Positions 27,552 through 37,196 of a DNA stretch of 48,766 nucleotides are shown here, piece by piece. The stretch spans positions 1 to 48,766 of the forward strand of contig JBNJGH010000011.1 in NCBI GenBank assembly GCA_051747585.1, in the 5' to 3' direction. Under the pieces are notes generated by a model. The model had not been told where the DNA came from. It worked only from the letters and a program-made list of their open reading frames with translations, and ran no database searches. Numbering within the stretch: position 1 is the first letter of the stretch; every line of letters begins with the position of its first letter. The translations under genes were made by a program, and so were the position numbers. The stretch is from Candidatus Rifleibacteriota bacterium (lineage in GTDB: Bacteria > Muiribacteriota > Ozemobacteria > Ozemobacterales > Ozemobacteraceae).

Positions 27552-28313
27552 ATGTTTTACCGATTAAGCAGAAGCAGAAGCTTTAATGTTCTTCTGGTTT
27601 TCTCGATTCTGGCAGCCATACTTATTGTTCCTTCTACCGCAGAAGCTGGAATTCTAGGCAGCGTATTAAGTGCCGTAAAACCCTTTGCCAAGTTCGCAGG
27701 CAAAATAGCAGGAGCTGTTGCCGGGGCGACTCTAGGCTCTGCGTTTTTACCGCCTTTGGGTATGATTGCCGGTGGTATAGGCGGCTGGATTGTAGGTGGC
27801 ATTGTAACCGGCTATGGAACAGGCAGCCTGAGCAATCTGGCCACTCTCGGAGGTGCTGCTGCAGGAGCAATGGCATTAGCTTCATTTGGCCCCATGGGAT
27901 ATGTCGCCGGTGCCCTGGCCGGAGGTTTTCTTGGCCGCAAAGCAATGAGTTTACTTCATTCAGCCGATAGAGAAGCAACGGGCGGAATTCTATTTTTCAA
28001 CAATAAAAATAAAAACAGCGGTTCAAGCACTGTTGTAGGTGGGTCGCCCGCCCTTGCCCCTGAGATTCCCCAGGCCCATGATCAGGTTAGCGCACCGGCA
28101 CCGGTAAGCGAAGAAACCAGTCAGGCTACAGTTATAACTACTCAAGACGAAATTAGAGAAGCAGAAGCCAGATACAGGAATGCTTACAATGATTACATTG
28201 CAGCAACCCGTAACAATAAAGCGGAAGAAATAAAGAAAGCTCATGAAAAATACATTGCAGCCTTCGAAGCATACAAGGAGCTGACTGGAGAAGAACCTGA
28301 AAAAGTAAAATAA
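27552..28313 (+). CDS. Secreted glycine-zipper protein
   Basis: Signal peptide ending AEA, ~85-aa GxxxG-rich hydrophobic segment, Pro-rich linker, charged helical C terminus; SD GGAGG. Confidence 0.8.
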   Translation: MFYRLSRSRSFNVLLVFSILAAILIVPSTAEAGILGSVLSAVKPFAKFAGKIAGAVAGATLGSAFLPPLGMIAGGIGGWIVGGIVTGYGTGSLSNLATLGGAAAGAMALASFGPMGYVAGALAGGFLGRKAMSLLHSADREATGGILFFNNKNKNSGSSTVVGGSPALAPEIPQAHDQVSAPAPVSEETSQATVITTQDEIREAEARYRNAYNDYIAATRNNKAEEIKKAHEKYIAAFEAYKELTGEEPEKVK

Positions 28314-28345
28314 AACCCCTTTATCCATTCCAAAAATTTTCTAAC

Positions 28346-28399
28346 TATAACAAAAGTTGCTCCCGCATAAGATTTTACCCGGGAGCAATTTTTGTTATA
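28346..28399. terminator. Bidirectional terminator between convergent genes
   Basis: 20-bp inverted repeat TATAACAAAAGTTGCTCCCG / CGGGAGCAATTTTTGTTATA (one mismatch) with A/T runs on both sides. Confidence 0.75.
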
Positions 28400-28455
28400 A
28401 TAAAATTCAGACCTTTTACATAAAATACGGTTTTTTTATCTTAAATCCAGGTATT

Positions 28456-29076
28456 TTATTGTGTCGCCTGAAGCAGCCAGTTTACTTTACGCGGTGTAAT
28501 CATCATGAAGAACGACTTCACTCTAGGGTCAGAATCAGGATCTTCAAGAATTTTTTCTTTATCTTCATCAGAAAGCCTGTCGAATTTCTCTGTATATAAA
28601 ATCTTCATTGACACTTTAAACCAGACTTTTGAGTTCAAAGCAAGTTCAGACTGAACAAAGGCATTCGAATCTCTATAACTTGAGTCATATTCAAAAGCCA
28701 ATATCTGACCGTCATCAAATAAAAATGGCCTCATATCTTCTACATCAGGATCCGGAGCATTCAGGCTTTCTTTTTTACCCCTGAACAGCCGTCTTGTTTC
28801 CTCGTTAAAATAATACTGAACCGTCTCTGTCGAAAGTGGGATATTGAGCCTGCCATTAAAAACCTGAGGTTTTTCGGCAGCATTCCTCAACTCATTTCTT
28901 ACTCCCGTCATTATGATTCTTGTAGTTTGAAGTATGTCCAGCTTGTTTTGTGAATGTCTAAAGTTTTTGGTAATAGACCTGAGTAGCTGAAAAACCGAGC
29001 CGGAAAGCAACAAAACCATGCCGACAACGAATATCAGCTCTACCATAGTCATTCCAGTTTTTGTTTTTTTCATCAT
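28456..29076 (-). CDS. Type IV minor pilin (PilW/GspJ-like)
   Basis: KKTKTG|MTMVELIFVVG prepilin motif with Glu5. Confidence 0.8.
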   Translation of the reverse strand: MMKKTKTGMTMVELIFVVGMVLLLSGSVFQLLRSITKNFRHSQNKLDILQTTRIIMTGVRNELRNAAEKPQVFNGRLNIPLSTETVQYYFNEETRRLFRGKKESLNAPDPDVEDMRPFLFDDGQILAFEYDSSYRDSNAFVQSELALNSKVWFKVSMKILYTEKFDRLSDEDKEKILEDPDSDPRVKSFFMMITPRKVNWLLQATQ

Positions 29077-29077
29077 T

Positions 29078-29533
29078 TTAATAAAAGTTATATCTTGAAT
29101 CGGTTAAAATTGTTACAAAAGTAAGTACAGCCACATCCGATTTCGAAGTTTTGTGTTTAGATTTTACAGAAATTTTAATTCTCAGCAGAAACATTGGTTT
29201 AGCTTTGGATGGCATCGGCTTTACAGGCTGCAAAGTATGATCAAATCTTAATTCGAACCCATTTTCATCAGCTGTTTTCTGCAACTCAAGAAAATCTTTA
29301 TCTTTATGTAGCTTCTGGGCTTTATCATAGCCGAGTGTTCGCGCTAATTCAATAGCAGAAGTTCCAAAGAGAGTGGCCATAGTACGGGTATCTGCGCGGG
29401 TAATTCTTTTCTGCCCCGATCTCATCAAAGAGTACATAGGTAAAATTCCGGCAGAAAGCATCATAACTACAATCAGTATTTCGACCAGCGAAAAACCTCT
29501 TCTGTTATTAAGGGTCTGACTATCTTCGTTCAT
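29078..29533 (-). CDS. Type IV minor pilin (PilV/GspI-like)
   Basis: NRRG|FSLVEILIVVMML; likely start at ATG 29533 overlapping the upstream stop. Confidence 0.82.
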   Translation of the reverse strand: MNEDSQTLNNRRGFSLVEILIVVMMLSAGILPMYSLMRSGQKRITRADTRTMATLFGTSAIELARTLGYDKAQKLHKDKDFLELQKTADENGFELRFDHTLQPVKPMPSKAKPMFLLRIKISVKSKHKTSKSDVAVLTFVTILTDSRYNFY

Positions 29534-32054
29534 ACTTCCAATCAAACTTTCCAACTCCGCCAGTTACAATCTTGGCTACATATTGTTTATCAGTAAGACT
29601 TGGCATTACATTCCGCCAAATTCCATTCAAAGGATTGTAAATAATAACATTTTCTCCCGGAGCCTGAAAGTGCTCTTCAAGATTTAAAAATGGAGTAACA
29701 ACAGTTCCTTTGATGGTAACGGGTTTGTCTCCGATAACTTTGATCGGCTCAGAAACAGATATAAGATTGGCCTCGACATAACAGCGACCACTTTGAGCAT
29801 AAGACGTTTCGATCACAATCTGTGGAGCAATTATTGTCAAAAGATCACTACCTATCGATGAATTAAACGAACCATCAATAACAGTTTCTGCTCCTACCAG
29901 GTCTCCTGCGACAACAACTTTACCGCCGCCCATCATTGGACTGGAATAAATAATTCCATGGCCCTTGAATTTCAAATTTCGTAATCCCAGGGGTTCGGAA
30001 TCATTCAAGGCTAGAATACCGTTTAGCTCGAGCGTTTGATTATTTGCACCAGTTCTATATGCCTGAACGTTGTTGATATATTTAAACTGGAACCTGTCAT
30101 AAGATTCGCCGCCCTCGGCTACAGTCATCCTACCTCTGAAGAAGTCTTCCGTAGCACGGGGTATAAAGTAGAAATCCAGAAGATAACTACTTTGGGCATC
30201 AGGAAGTGCATGCCACAAAGCGCCTTCGTAATACTCTATCATCGGGCTGCCTCTTATAACGGAATCAAGACCGCTGGGAAGCTCTCCATAAGGGTAGGGG
30301 AAGTTTTCAAGATAGCCGCCCAAATGTGCTTCCAAGGGTCCTTCATATTCAGACTGTTTGCGCTTGAGTCTTTGAATAAAGTTAGCCAAACCACGGTTAT
30401 AAAGTTCAACCCCCGAGTCACTCATGAAATTTGCATAATTTTTAAGCTCTTTCATTTCGTCAGGCAAAAGATCCCAGTTTTTATGTATTTTTTGGCAAAA
30501 TGGCTCAGTAACACCCGCCATTTCAAAAATATCGCGGGCCTGAGTTGCAGTAAGATTGGTGCCATCTTTAATATCTGGAAACATCGAAAGAACGGGACTG
30601 TCCTTAGAGAGGAACGGCAGCTCAAAAGGCTCCCCGCCCTCAGGATGGATCTGAACCGCTCTGAAATATTGCCGCATTGCCGGTCCATAAACAAGCGTCG
30701 GAGAAAGCTTGGAAAAATCCGCTCCGCCCAGGGGAGCAAGTGGCGGACTCGGAGGCGCACTACCAAAGACGTCAAGACCGCTGCGATTCAATTCAGGCAT
30801 AAGACGATATTTCATTTCACCTTCGTTTGAGTTTCTTCCGCCCGGAGTCTGACTTATAAGCTGGCCGGTATGAACAGTATAACTTTGAAAACAGTTAATA
30901 AAAGAGGGAGGCCCATTGGTAGTAGCTTCAGTAAGCTCATCCCCTGCTCCAAGGTTAAAAAGACGAATTTTAGCTTTATTGTTCCATTTGCTACCGGTCA
31001 GAAACTTTAAAAGCTTTCCTTTTTCTGTTTTTTTCTGCCCCTGCAGCTCCATAAAGTCTTTGACATAATCTTTCAAGCCCATCCAGGGCACGTCAAAACG
31101 CAAATAAAAATTTTCCTGAGCATTCATCTGAGTAAAAAGCTGGTCATTTGGATCAAGATTATCACCAAACAAAAGTTTGGCTCCGTTGGTAGGTCTCACT
31201 AAAACAGCGGGCCCGGCTCTCATGAGCGAATTTAGTTCCTGGCCCATATAGACTCTGCCGGGGGGGGTTAAGGCATCGTTACCCAACTGTGCGAGATCTT
31301 TTTCCCAGTCATCATAACTTAAAGCAGGATTAAAATCTTTTTTTATGGCGTTCCAGCCGTTATCCAGTCTAAGCTTGTTTTTCTGACTGACCGAAGATTC
31401 ATAGGTATTAAAATGTGAACCACCATAAACGCTGCCATCTTTGACAAAAAGAGTAAAATAATTAAAGGGAGGAACAAAACTTTTTACTACCCTTACGAGA
31501 AATTCCAGAGAGACCTTGGCTGTATGACCTTTATAAGTAACATTAGCAACAACGGTAAGCTCCCCCTGCTTTTCTTTAAGGTCTTTTTTCAATTTATAAA
31601 GAACCTTTTCTCCACTCTTAGCTTCAACAGCATTAATATGCTCAAGCTTTATTTCGGCTTCGACAATAAAATCATCCGACTCAACCATGTCTCTATCAAA
31701 CTGAATGCTATAAATTTGTCGGGCCGTTTCACGCGTATAGGCAGTAAGGCGAGCAACCTGATCGGCTTTAAGCGGAATTGCTTCAGAAACATCCGTGTTG
31801 TGTGCGCGAAGCACCTTGTAGAGTTGGTTGTTGGCATCGTCATGGTTCAAGGAATTTTTCAACCTGGCAACGAACTCTTCAATAGCCGATTCAGCAAGGT
31901 TAAACGCAACCTCTGACTCATAAGACATTGCCGAAGCATAGTCTTCAGAGCCCGTAAAAAAGGTCAAAGAAAAGCCAAGAATAAAAAGCACCGTCATAGC
32001 AGTGACAGCAAGGAGAAAAACCGAACCTTTCTGCTTATTCTGCAAATTCTGCAT
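29520..32054 (-). CDS. Very large PilX/GspK-like pilin-anchored protein (844 aa)
   Basis: KQKG|SVFLLAV (no Glu5), AFNLAESAIEE PilX-type motif, C-terminal beta-solenoid-like strands ending IIYNP. Confidence 0.72.
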   Translation of the reverse strand: MQNLQNKQKGSVFLLAVTAMTVLFILGFSLTFFTGSEDYASAMSYESEVAFNLAESAIEEFVARLKNSLNHDDANNQLYKVLRAHNTDVSEAIPLKADQVARLTAYTRETARQIYSIQFDRDMVESDDFIVEAEIKLEHINAVEAKSGEKVLYKLKKDLKEKQGELTVVANVTYKGHTAKVSLEFLVRVVKSFVPPFNYFTLFVKDGSVYGGSHFNTYESSVSQKNKLRLDNGWNAIKKDFNPALSYDDWEKDLAQLGNDALTPPGRVYMGQELNSLMRAGPAVLVRPTNGAKLLFGDNLDPNDQLFTQMNAQENFYLRFDVPWMGLKDYVKDFMELQGQKKTEKGKLLKFLTGSKWNNKAKIRLFNLGAGDELTEATTNGPPSFINCFQSYTVHTGQLISQTPGGRNSNEGEMKYRLMPELNRSGLDVFGSAPPSPPLAPLGGADFSKLSPTLVYGPAMRQYFRAVQIHPEGGEPFELPFLSKDSPVLSMFPDIKDGTNLTATQARDIFEMAGVTEPFCQKIHKNWDLLPDEMKELKNYANFMSDSGVELYNRGLANFIQRLKRKQSEYEGPLEAHLGGYLENFPYPYGELPSGLDSVIRGSPMIEYYEGALWHALPDAQSSYLLDFYFIPRATEDFFRGRMTVAEGGESYDRFQFKYINNVQAYRTGANNQTLELNGILALNDSEPLGLRNLKFKGHGIIYSSPMMGGGKVVVAGDLVGAETVIDGSFNSSIGSDLLTIIAPQIVIETSYAQSGRCYVEANLISVSEPIKVIGDKPVTIKGTVVTPFLNLEEHFQAPGENVIIYNPLNGIWRNVMPSLTDKQYVAKIVTGGVGKFDWKYERR

Positions 32055-32619
32055 ATTTATCTCCTCCGCTCTGTTTTGCCATTTCTATAATATCCTGCGT
32101 ACTTTTACCTTCTTCGAAGGCTTTCTTAAATCTAGGATCCTTTTGCAGTGCCTGCATGATTTCAAGCATTTTTCGCATAGCTCGTTTTCTTCTACTGATT
32201 TTACCCATCTTATGATAGATCATTGCAGAAAGATACCAGGTTTTTAACTCCAGATATTTATCATCTCTAATATCCATTTGTAGTCTTTCTATTTCTCTGA
32301 GCGCCCCCTGAGGATTAGACTTCATCAACATTGAATAAGCATATTCAAGCCTTTTATAGTTGCGTGTTTTTTCTTTTTTTATTTTCAATTCTTCCGGGCT
32401 CAGCGATTTCTTCTTGCGAAATTTCGGCAAATTTTCCGCCACCCCTTTTTTCCCTTCAGGCTTATTTAAAGCTGCAGATTTAACCTTAAGCTCTTTTAAA
32501 CGACCTCTTCGGGTTACGGTCTCATCGCCCTTCGTACAGCAACCTGCAACCATACTGACCAGCAGCAGGAGACTAACTATTACAATCGCGGTTCTAGCAA
32601 AGCTTGAATAAATATACAT
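32035..32619 (-). CDS. Hypothetical basic lipoprotein with TPR-like helices
   Basis: Lipobox VAGC, Lys-rich, helical hairpins; first gene of the minor-pilin operon. Confidence 0.6.
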   Translation of the reverse strand: MYIYSSFARTAIVIVSLLLLVSMVAGCCTKGDETVTRRGRLKELKVKSAALNKPEGKKGVAENLPKFRKKKSLSPEELKIKKEKTRNYKRLEYAYSMLMKSNPQGALREIERLQMDIRDDKYLELKTWYLSAMIYHKMGKISRRKRAMRKMLEIMQALQKDPRFKKAFEEGKSTQDIIEMAKQSGGDKYAEFAE

Positions 32620-32640
32620 AATAAATACAGTGTAAACCTT

Positions 32641-32669
32641 ATACTAATGAAATTAGCTGTTAAAGTCAA
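32641..32669 (-). promoter_or_regulatory. Sigma70-type promoter of the leftward minor-pilin operon
   Basis: TTGACT-N17-TAGTAT. Confidence 0.6.
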
Positions 32670-32680
32670 TTAAATGCGCC

Positions 32681-32709
32681 TTGACAAGGTATTACATTCA
32701 AGCTAAAAT
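32681..32709 (+). promoter_or_regulatory. Sigma70-type promoter of the pilus operon (leaderless geometry)
   Basis: TTGACA-N17-TAAAAT, with the ATG 7 nt downstream of the -10 box. Confidence 0.78.
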
Positions 32710-32715
32710 CATTGC

Positions 32716-33408
32716 ATGAATATCCTGTTTAAAGTTCGTATAATAACAATAACTACAATATTTTTCATGTTTCTAGCCAGCGGCGTTCTTTTGTCGGCAG
32801 ATAATAAAGGGAAGTCTGAATCACAATCGCACCATTTTTTCGCTTTTGATGAAGCAGAATACCACACTTCCCCCGACAAAAGAATCGGGGCAAAAATTCT
32901 GGTAGATCCCGCCAAAGTCGGGCCTTCGATTTCTTCGATGGTTCACCTGACATATCTTCCCGGCGCTCATATAAAAAGTCACCGCCATGTATTTGTAACT
33001 GAAATTGTTCATGTACTCGAAGGCAACCTGACTTTGCGCATTGGTGATCAAGTAAAGACAATGGGGCCCGGTAGCACGGCATGGATTCCACCCAAGGCTT
33101 TTCATGAGTATCTAAATGATTCAGCCGATATAGTAAAATTTTTACAATATTTCTCTCCAGCTGGTCCGGAAGAGGAATATAGAAACTGGGTCAAACCCGA
33201 AGACGACAAAAAGGAAAAAGTAGAAAAAAAGACTGACCAAAGCAGCGAGGAAGACGAACCAGCAAATATGGTAAGCCCACCTTTACCTGAGGTTCCGGGC
33301 ACCCCCGAACCTCGACTGGGAGGGGTGAAAGACACCAGTAAGCCCGGCACTTCGGCAGACAACCTTCCTGAATTAAAATTCAAATCAGAGCAGGCTGATA
33401 ATGATTGA
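32716..33408 (+). CDS. Exported cupin-domain protein
   Basis: N-terminal hydrophobic signal; cupin motifs PGAHIKSHRH...E.VHVLEG and PG..AWIPPKAFH; acidic/Pro-rich tail. Confidence 0.85.
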   Translation: MNILFKVRIITITTIFFMFLASGVLLSADNKGKSESQSHHFFAFDEAEYHTSPDKRIGAKILVDPAKVGPSISSMVHLTYLPGAHIKSHRHVFVTEIVHVLEGNLTLRIGDQVKTMGPGSTAWIPPKAFHEYLNDSADIVKFLQYFSPAGPEEEYRNWVKPEDDKKEKVEKKTDQSSEEDEPANMVSPPLPEVPGTPEPRLGGVKDTSKPGTSADNLPELKFKSEQADND

Positions 33409-34159
33409 GCCTGTTTCCCGATCCAGGTCATATTACAGCGATGGTCTTTTAGAAGAGTTCATTTCAGAAACACGCAAAAAACTGGACAACTCCCCCGAAA
33501 ATCACCATCTTCGCTGTAGTCTTGCCAATGCCCTTGCAAAAAATGGTCAGCTTGAACAAGCAGTAAAAGAATATAAAATCTGTATAGACCAGGAGCCCTC
33601 AAGCGAATATCTGAACTATATGGGCAAAGCGCTTCTTAATTCAGGTAGGTATGAAGAAGCCGTAGAATCTTTCCAAAAAGTTATCGAACAATGCAACTGG
33701 CCCGATGCCTATTTCAACCTTGGCCTCGCCCACAGGAGCATTGGCAATCTCGATTTAGCCTGTAAAATGCTAGAAAAAGCTTTAGAAATAAATCCGAGAT
33801 ATCGCGAGGCTTTAAATGAACGCGCCCATATTTTAGAAGCTCTAGGCAAAATTGAAGAAGCTCTTAAAGACTATAAAAAAGTAATAGCTTTGTTTTTTGC
33901 CGAATACCAGGCACACGATGCCGAAGTATACAATTACGAAATGTCGGTTCTTTTTGATAACCCCGAACTGGTTGAAGAGCTAATTCGGCAACTAAGGAAA
34001 CATGTACAGAAGTTTCCCGGGTTTGCCGACGGCTATTACAAGCTTGGACAGGCTCTTGAAGCCAAAGGCCTCAAAACAGAAGCAATGCTGATGTTTCGCA
34101 AAGCTCTTGAAATAAATCCCAGCTATGAAACTGCCAGAAAATGCTTCTGGAAAAGATAA
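33401..34159 (+). CDS. Tetratricopeptide repeat protein
   Basis: Several canonical TPRs (AYFNLGLAH...KALEINPRY; GYYKLGQAL...KALEINPSY). Confidence 0.9.
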   Translation: MIEPVSRSRSYYSDGLLEEFISETRKKLDNSPENHHLRCSLANALAKNGQLEQAVKEYKICIDQEPSSEYLNYMGKALLNSGRYEEAVESFQKVIEQCNWPDAYFNLGLAHRSIGNLDLACKMLEKALEINPRYREALNERAHILEALGKIEEALKDYKKVIALFFAEYQAHDAEVYNYEMSVLFDNPELVEELIRQLRKHVQKFPGFADGYYKLGQALEAKGLKTEAMLMFRKALEINPSYETARKCFWKR

Positions 34160-34177
34160 ATACAGGATCTGCTGCAA

Positions 34178-35941
34178 ATGCAAGCTAAAAGACCTAACCA
34201 ACAGAGAAAGAGACTTGGAGATATACTGGTTGAAGCCGGTCTGATCGATTCCGAGCAACTTCAGGAAGCCCTGGCAAAACAAAAAACCATGGGCAAACGC
34301 CTGGGAAAAGTTTTAGTCGAAACCGGAATGGCAACAGAAGACAGCATTGCCAATACTCTGGCCAGGCAGATGAATATTCCCTTTCTAAATCTTAATGAGA
34401 TGACGCTTCCGCCGGAAGTATTGACCACTATTCCCGAAGGCATTGTTCGCAGTCACAACCTACTGCCGGTAAAGCTTGATGGAAACTTTCTCCAGATAAG
34501 CATGGCCGACCCACTCGACGTTTTCATTATCGATGAAATCAACTATCAGACCGGTTACGAAGTAGAAGTAGGCATAAGTCCTGAATCACAGGTAGAAGCT
34601 GCAATAAAACATTATTACGGAACCAGTGAATCTCTTCAGGCCGCGGTAGATAATTTAGCCGCAGAAAAGAATGCTGAAGTAACCCTCGACGAAAGCTTTT
34701 TTACCACCTTTGATCTCGGTGATGAAGAGGAAAGCGTTCCTATCATCAATCTGGTAAACACTATAATTCAGCAGGCTATTAACGATAAAGCCAGTGATAT
34801 TCATATCGAGCCGGATGAAGAAATAATAAGAGTCAGATATAGAATTGACGGCATTTTGAATGAGCTGATGAAAGCTCCCAAAACAATTCAAAGCGAGCTG
34901 CTGTCGCGCCTTAAAATAATGGCTCAGATGGATATATCAGAAAAACGACTTCCACAAGATGGAAGAATCAAGGTAAAAGTAAAAAACCAAAGTATCGATC
35001 TGCGCGTATCTTCTTTACCAACAGTTTATGGCGAAAAAATCGTTATTAGAATTCTTGATAAGAGCAGAATGCAACTCACCCTTGACCAGGTAGGTTTCGA
35101 CGATAATCTGCTTGATTTATTCAAAACTCTTTCTCTGGCACCAAATGGCATAATACTGATGACCGGGCCTACAGGTTCAGGAAAAACTTCGACTCTTTAT
35201 GCTGCAATCAATTTTATCAGAAACGGCCAGATAAACATTACAACAGTTGAAGACCCGGTAGAATACCTTATTCCGAGCATTAATCAAGTTCAGGTAAGAC
35301 CCGAAATCGGCCTTACTTTTGCCCGAACGCTAAGATCTATTCTGCGACAGGATCCAAATGTGATATTAATCGGAGAAATTCGTGACTTTGAAACAGCACA
35401 AATCGCAATAGAGTCTGCATTGACCGGGCATCTTGTTTTCTCGACCCTGCACACAAACGATGCTGCATCTGCTATTACCCGTCTTATAGAAATGGGTGTA
35501 GAACCGTATCTGGTTGGCTCCGCAGTTATCGGAGTCGGGGGGCAAAGACTGGTGCGAAAAATATGCCCATCCTGCAAATACTCATATCAACCCGAAGGCG
35601 AAGCTGCAGAATTAATTGAAGAGTTTGGTTTTGCGGGTCATAAACTTTATAAAGGCAAAGGCTGTTTGACCTGCAGAAGAAGCGGCTATGCCGGAAGAAC
35701 TGCAATTCATGAAATAATGACTATAAATGAAGATATTCACAACCTGATACTTCAGTCATCCTCGGCTCGTGCCATCAGGCAGGCTTCAATGGAGCATGGA
35801 ATGAGAACCATGCGCCTTGATGGCGTAAATAAAGCGATTAACGGTGTTACAACCATCGAAGAAGTCATAAGGCTGACCCGAAGCGAAGAAATAAGACGTA
35901 TCAGTCATGACACTGAGCTGGAGCAGAAGGGTAATGGCTAA
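34178..35941 (+). CDS. pilB: Type IV pilus/T2SS assembly ATPase PilB/GspE with MshEN domain
   Basis: ASDIHIEP, LPQDGR, GPTGSGKT, TVEDPVEY, LRQDPNVILIGEIRD, TGHLVFSTLHTN, CxxC...CxxC, GRTAIHE. Confidence 0.95.
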   Translation: MQAKRPNQQRKRLGDILVEAGLIDSEQLQEALAKQKTMGKRLGKVLVETGMATEDSIANTLARQMNIPFLNLNEMTLPPEVLTTIPEGIVRSHNLLPVKLDGNFLQISMADPLDVFIIDEINYQTGYEVEVGISPESQVEAAIKHYYGTSESLQAAVDNLAAEKNAEVTLDESFFTTFDLGDEEESVPIINLVNTIIQQAINDKASDIHIEPDEEIIRVRYRIDGILNELMKAPKTIQSELLSRLKIMAQMDISEKRLPQDGRIKVKVKNQSIDLRVSSLPTVYGEKIVIRILDKSRMQLTLDQVGFDDNLLDLFKTLSLAPNGIILMTGPTGSGKTSTLYAAINFIRNGQINITTVEDPVEYLIPSINQVQVRPEIGLTFARTLRSILRQDPNVILIGEIRDFETAQIAIESALTGHLVFSTLHTNDAASAITRLIEMGVEPYLVGSAVIGVGGQRLVRKICPSCKYSYQPEGEAAELIEEFGFAGHKLYKGKGCLTCRRSGYAGRTAIHEIMTINEDIHNLILQSSSARAIRQASMEHGMRTMRLDGVNKAINGVTTIEEVIRLTRSEEIRRISHDTELEQKGNG

Positions 35942-37148
35942 AAGATTTTTATATAAAGCCCTTGATAACAGGGGAAAAACCCTGGAAGGCTACATGGAAG
36001 CCGAATCGGCCGATGAAGTAGGAATCTGGCTTGCAGACCGGAATTATTTTGTGCTGGATATAGCTCTTTCTCCGTTAAGGTCTCTTGTTTCAAGACCTGC
36101 TCACAAACTGAAAATCAACAGCAAGCAAATGAATTTTTTTCTTCTTCAGCTTTCCAGCCTTATAACAGCAGGCTGCCCTCTAATAATGAGTCTACATGCT
36201 CTTTACCGGCAGTTACCCGCTTGCTCCCTCAAAACGCTTTTAAAAGATTTAAGCGAAAAAATTGAATCGGGAAAATCTTTTTCTGAAGCACTCAAAGGAC
36301 ACAAAGAAGTTTTTTCCAACCTTTTCATCACCATGGTTGAAGTTGGTGAAGTTGGAGGCATTCTTGGTGAAGTTTTACAACGATACGCATTGATACACGA
36401 TGCAATGTACAGAATAAAAGCTAAAATTGTCAAATCAATGATTTATCCGGCCATATTGTTAACCAGCACTATAGTAGTAGCCTGGGCTTTGCTTGTTTAT
36501 GTCTTTCCCGTTTTTGTAGACAAAATCAAATCGCATGGCCAATCGCTGCCGGCACCCACCGAGCTGGTTTTACTGGTATCCAACTTCCTGACCAGCAACT
36601 CTATTTTATTGATTGGTATAATGATAGCCTTGGTTCTTCTTTTTCTCGGAATTAGATCTACCCGAAGGGGCAAAAGAATAATTGCAAAATATTTAATCAA
36701 TATTCCAATTTTTGGCCCGTTGCTTCAACAACTTGAGCTTTCATTGTTTGCCAGAATTTTAGGCACTCTTCTAAAATGTGGAGTCCCGATTCTTACCTCT
36801 TTACATGCAGTTGAAAAAGCCCTGGGAAACCAGACTTACAAAGAAGCTCTAAAAAAAATAAGAGAAGGCGTAAGTCGGGGCGAATCAATCTCGCAAGCCC
36901 TGATAAAACACAGGCACCTGTTCCCCGAAAGCATAATTCTAATGACAGATGTAGGAGAACGCAGCGGCAATACCGGTGAAATGCTGGAAAAAGCCGGCGT
37001 CATTTATGAACGTGATTTAGAAGCAACTCTGGAAACAATAGTTTCTTTGATTCAGCCCTTTTTAGTTATATTTCTTGGCATTTTCGTAGTAATTTTAGCA
37101 TTGGCAATGTACATGCCTTTGTTTGACATAATAAAAACGGTGAAGTAA
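35934..37148 (+). CDS. pilC: Platform protein PilC/GspF
   Basis: F.YKA...G, ESGKSFSEAL, VGEVGG.L, MIYP, GERSG, AMYMPLF; start probably ATG 35934. Confidence 0.94.
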   Translation: MAKRFLYKALDNRGKTLEGYMEAESADEVGIWLADRNYFVLDIALSPLRSLVSRPAHKLKINSKQMNFFLLQLSSLITAGCPLIMSLHALYRQLPACSLKTLLKDLSEKIESGKSFSEALKGHKEVFSNLFITMVEVGEVGGILGEVLQRYALIHDAMYRIKAKIVKSMIYPAILLTSTIVVAWALLVYVFPVFVDKIKSHGQSLPAPTELVLLVSNFLTSNSILLIGIMIALVLLFLGIRSTRRGKRIIAKYLINIPIFGPLLQQLELSLFARILGTLLKCGVPILTSLHAVEKALGNQTYKEALKKIREGVSRGESISQALIKHRHLFPESIILMTDVGERSGNTGEMLEKAGVIYERDLEATLETIVSLIQPFLVIFLGIFVVILALAMYMPLFDIIKTVK

Positions 37149-37196
37149 AGTATCTATTAATATTTGTATATGTCGCAAAATCTATGTGGAGGCTCT

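Noticed and set aside
30036..30830. 264-aa plus-strand ORF
   Set aside because: Antisense shadow of the large PilX-like gene.
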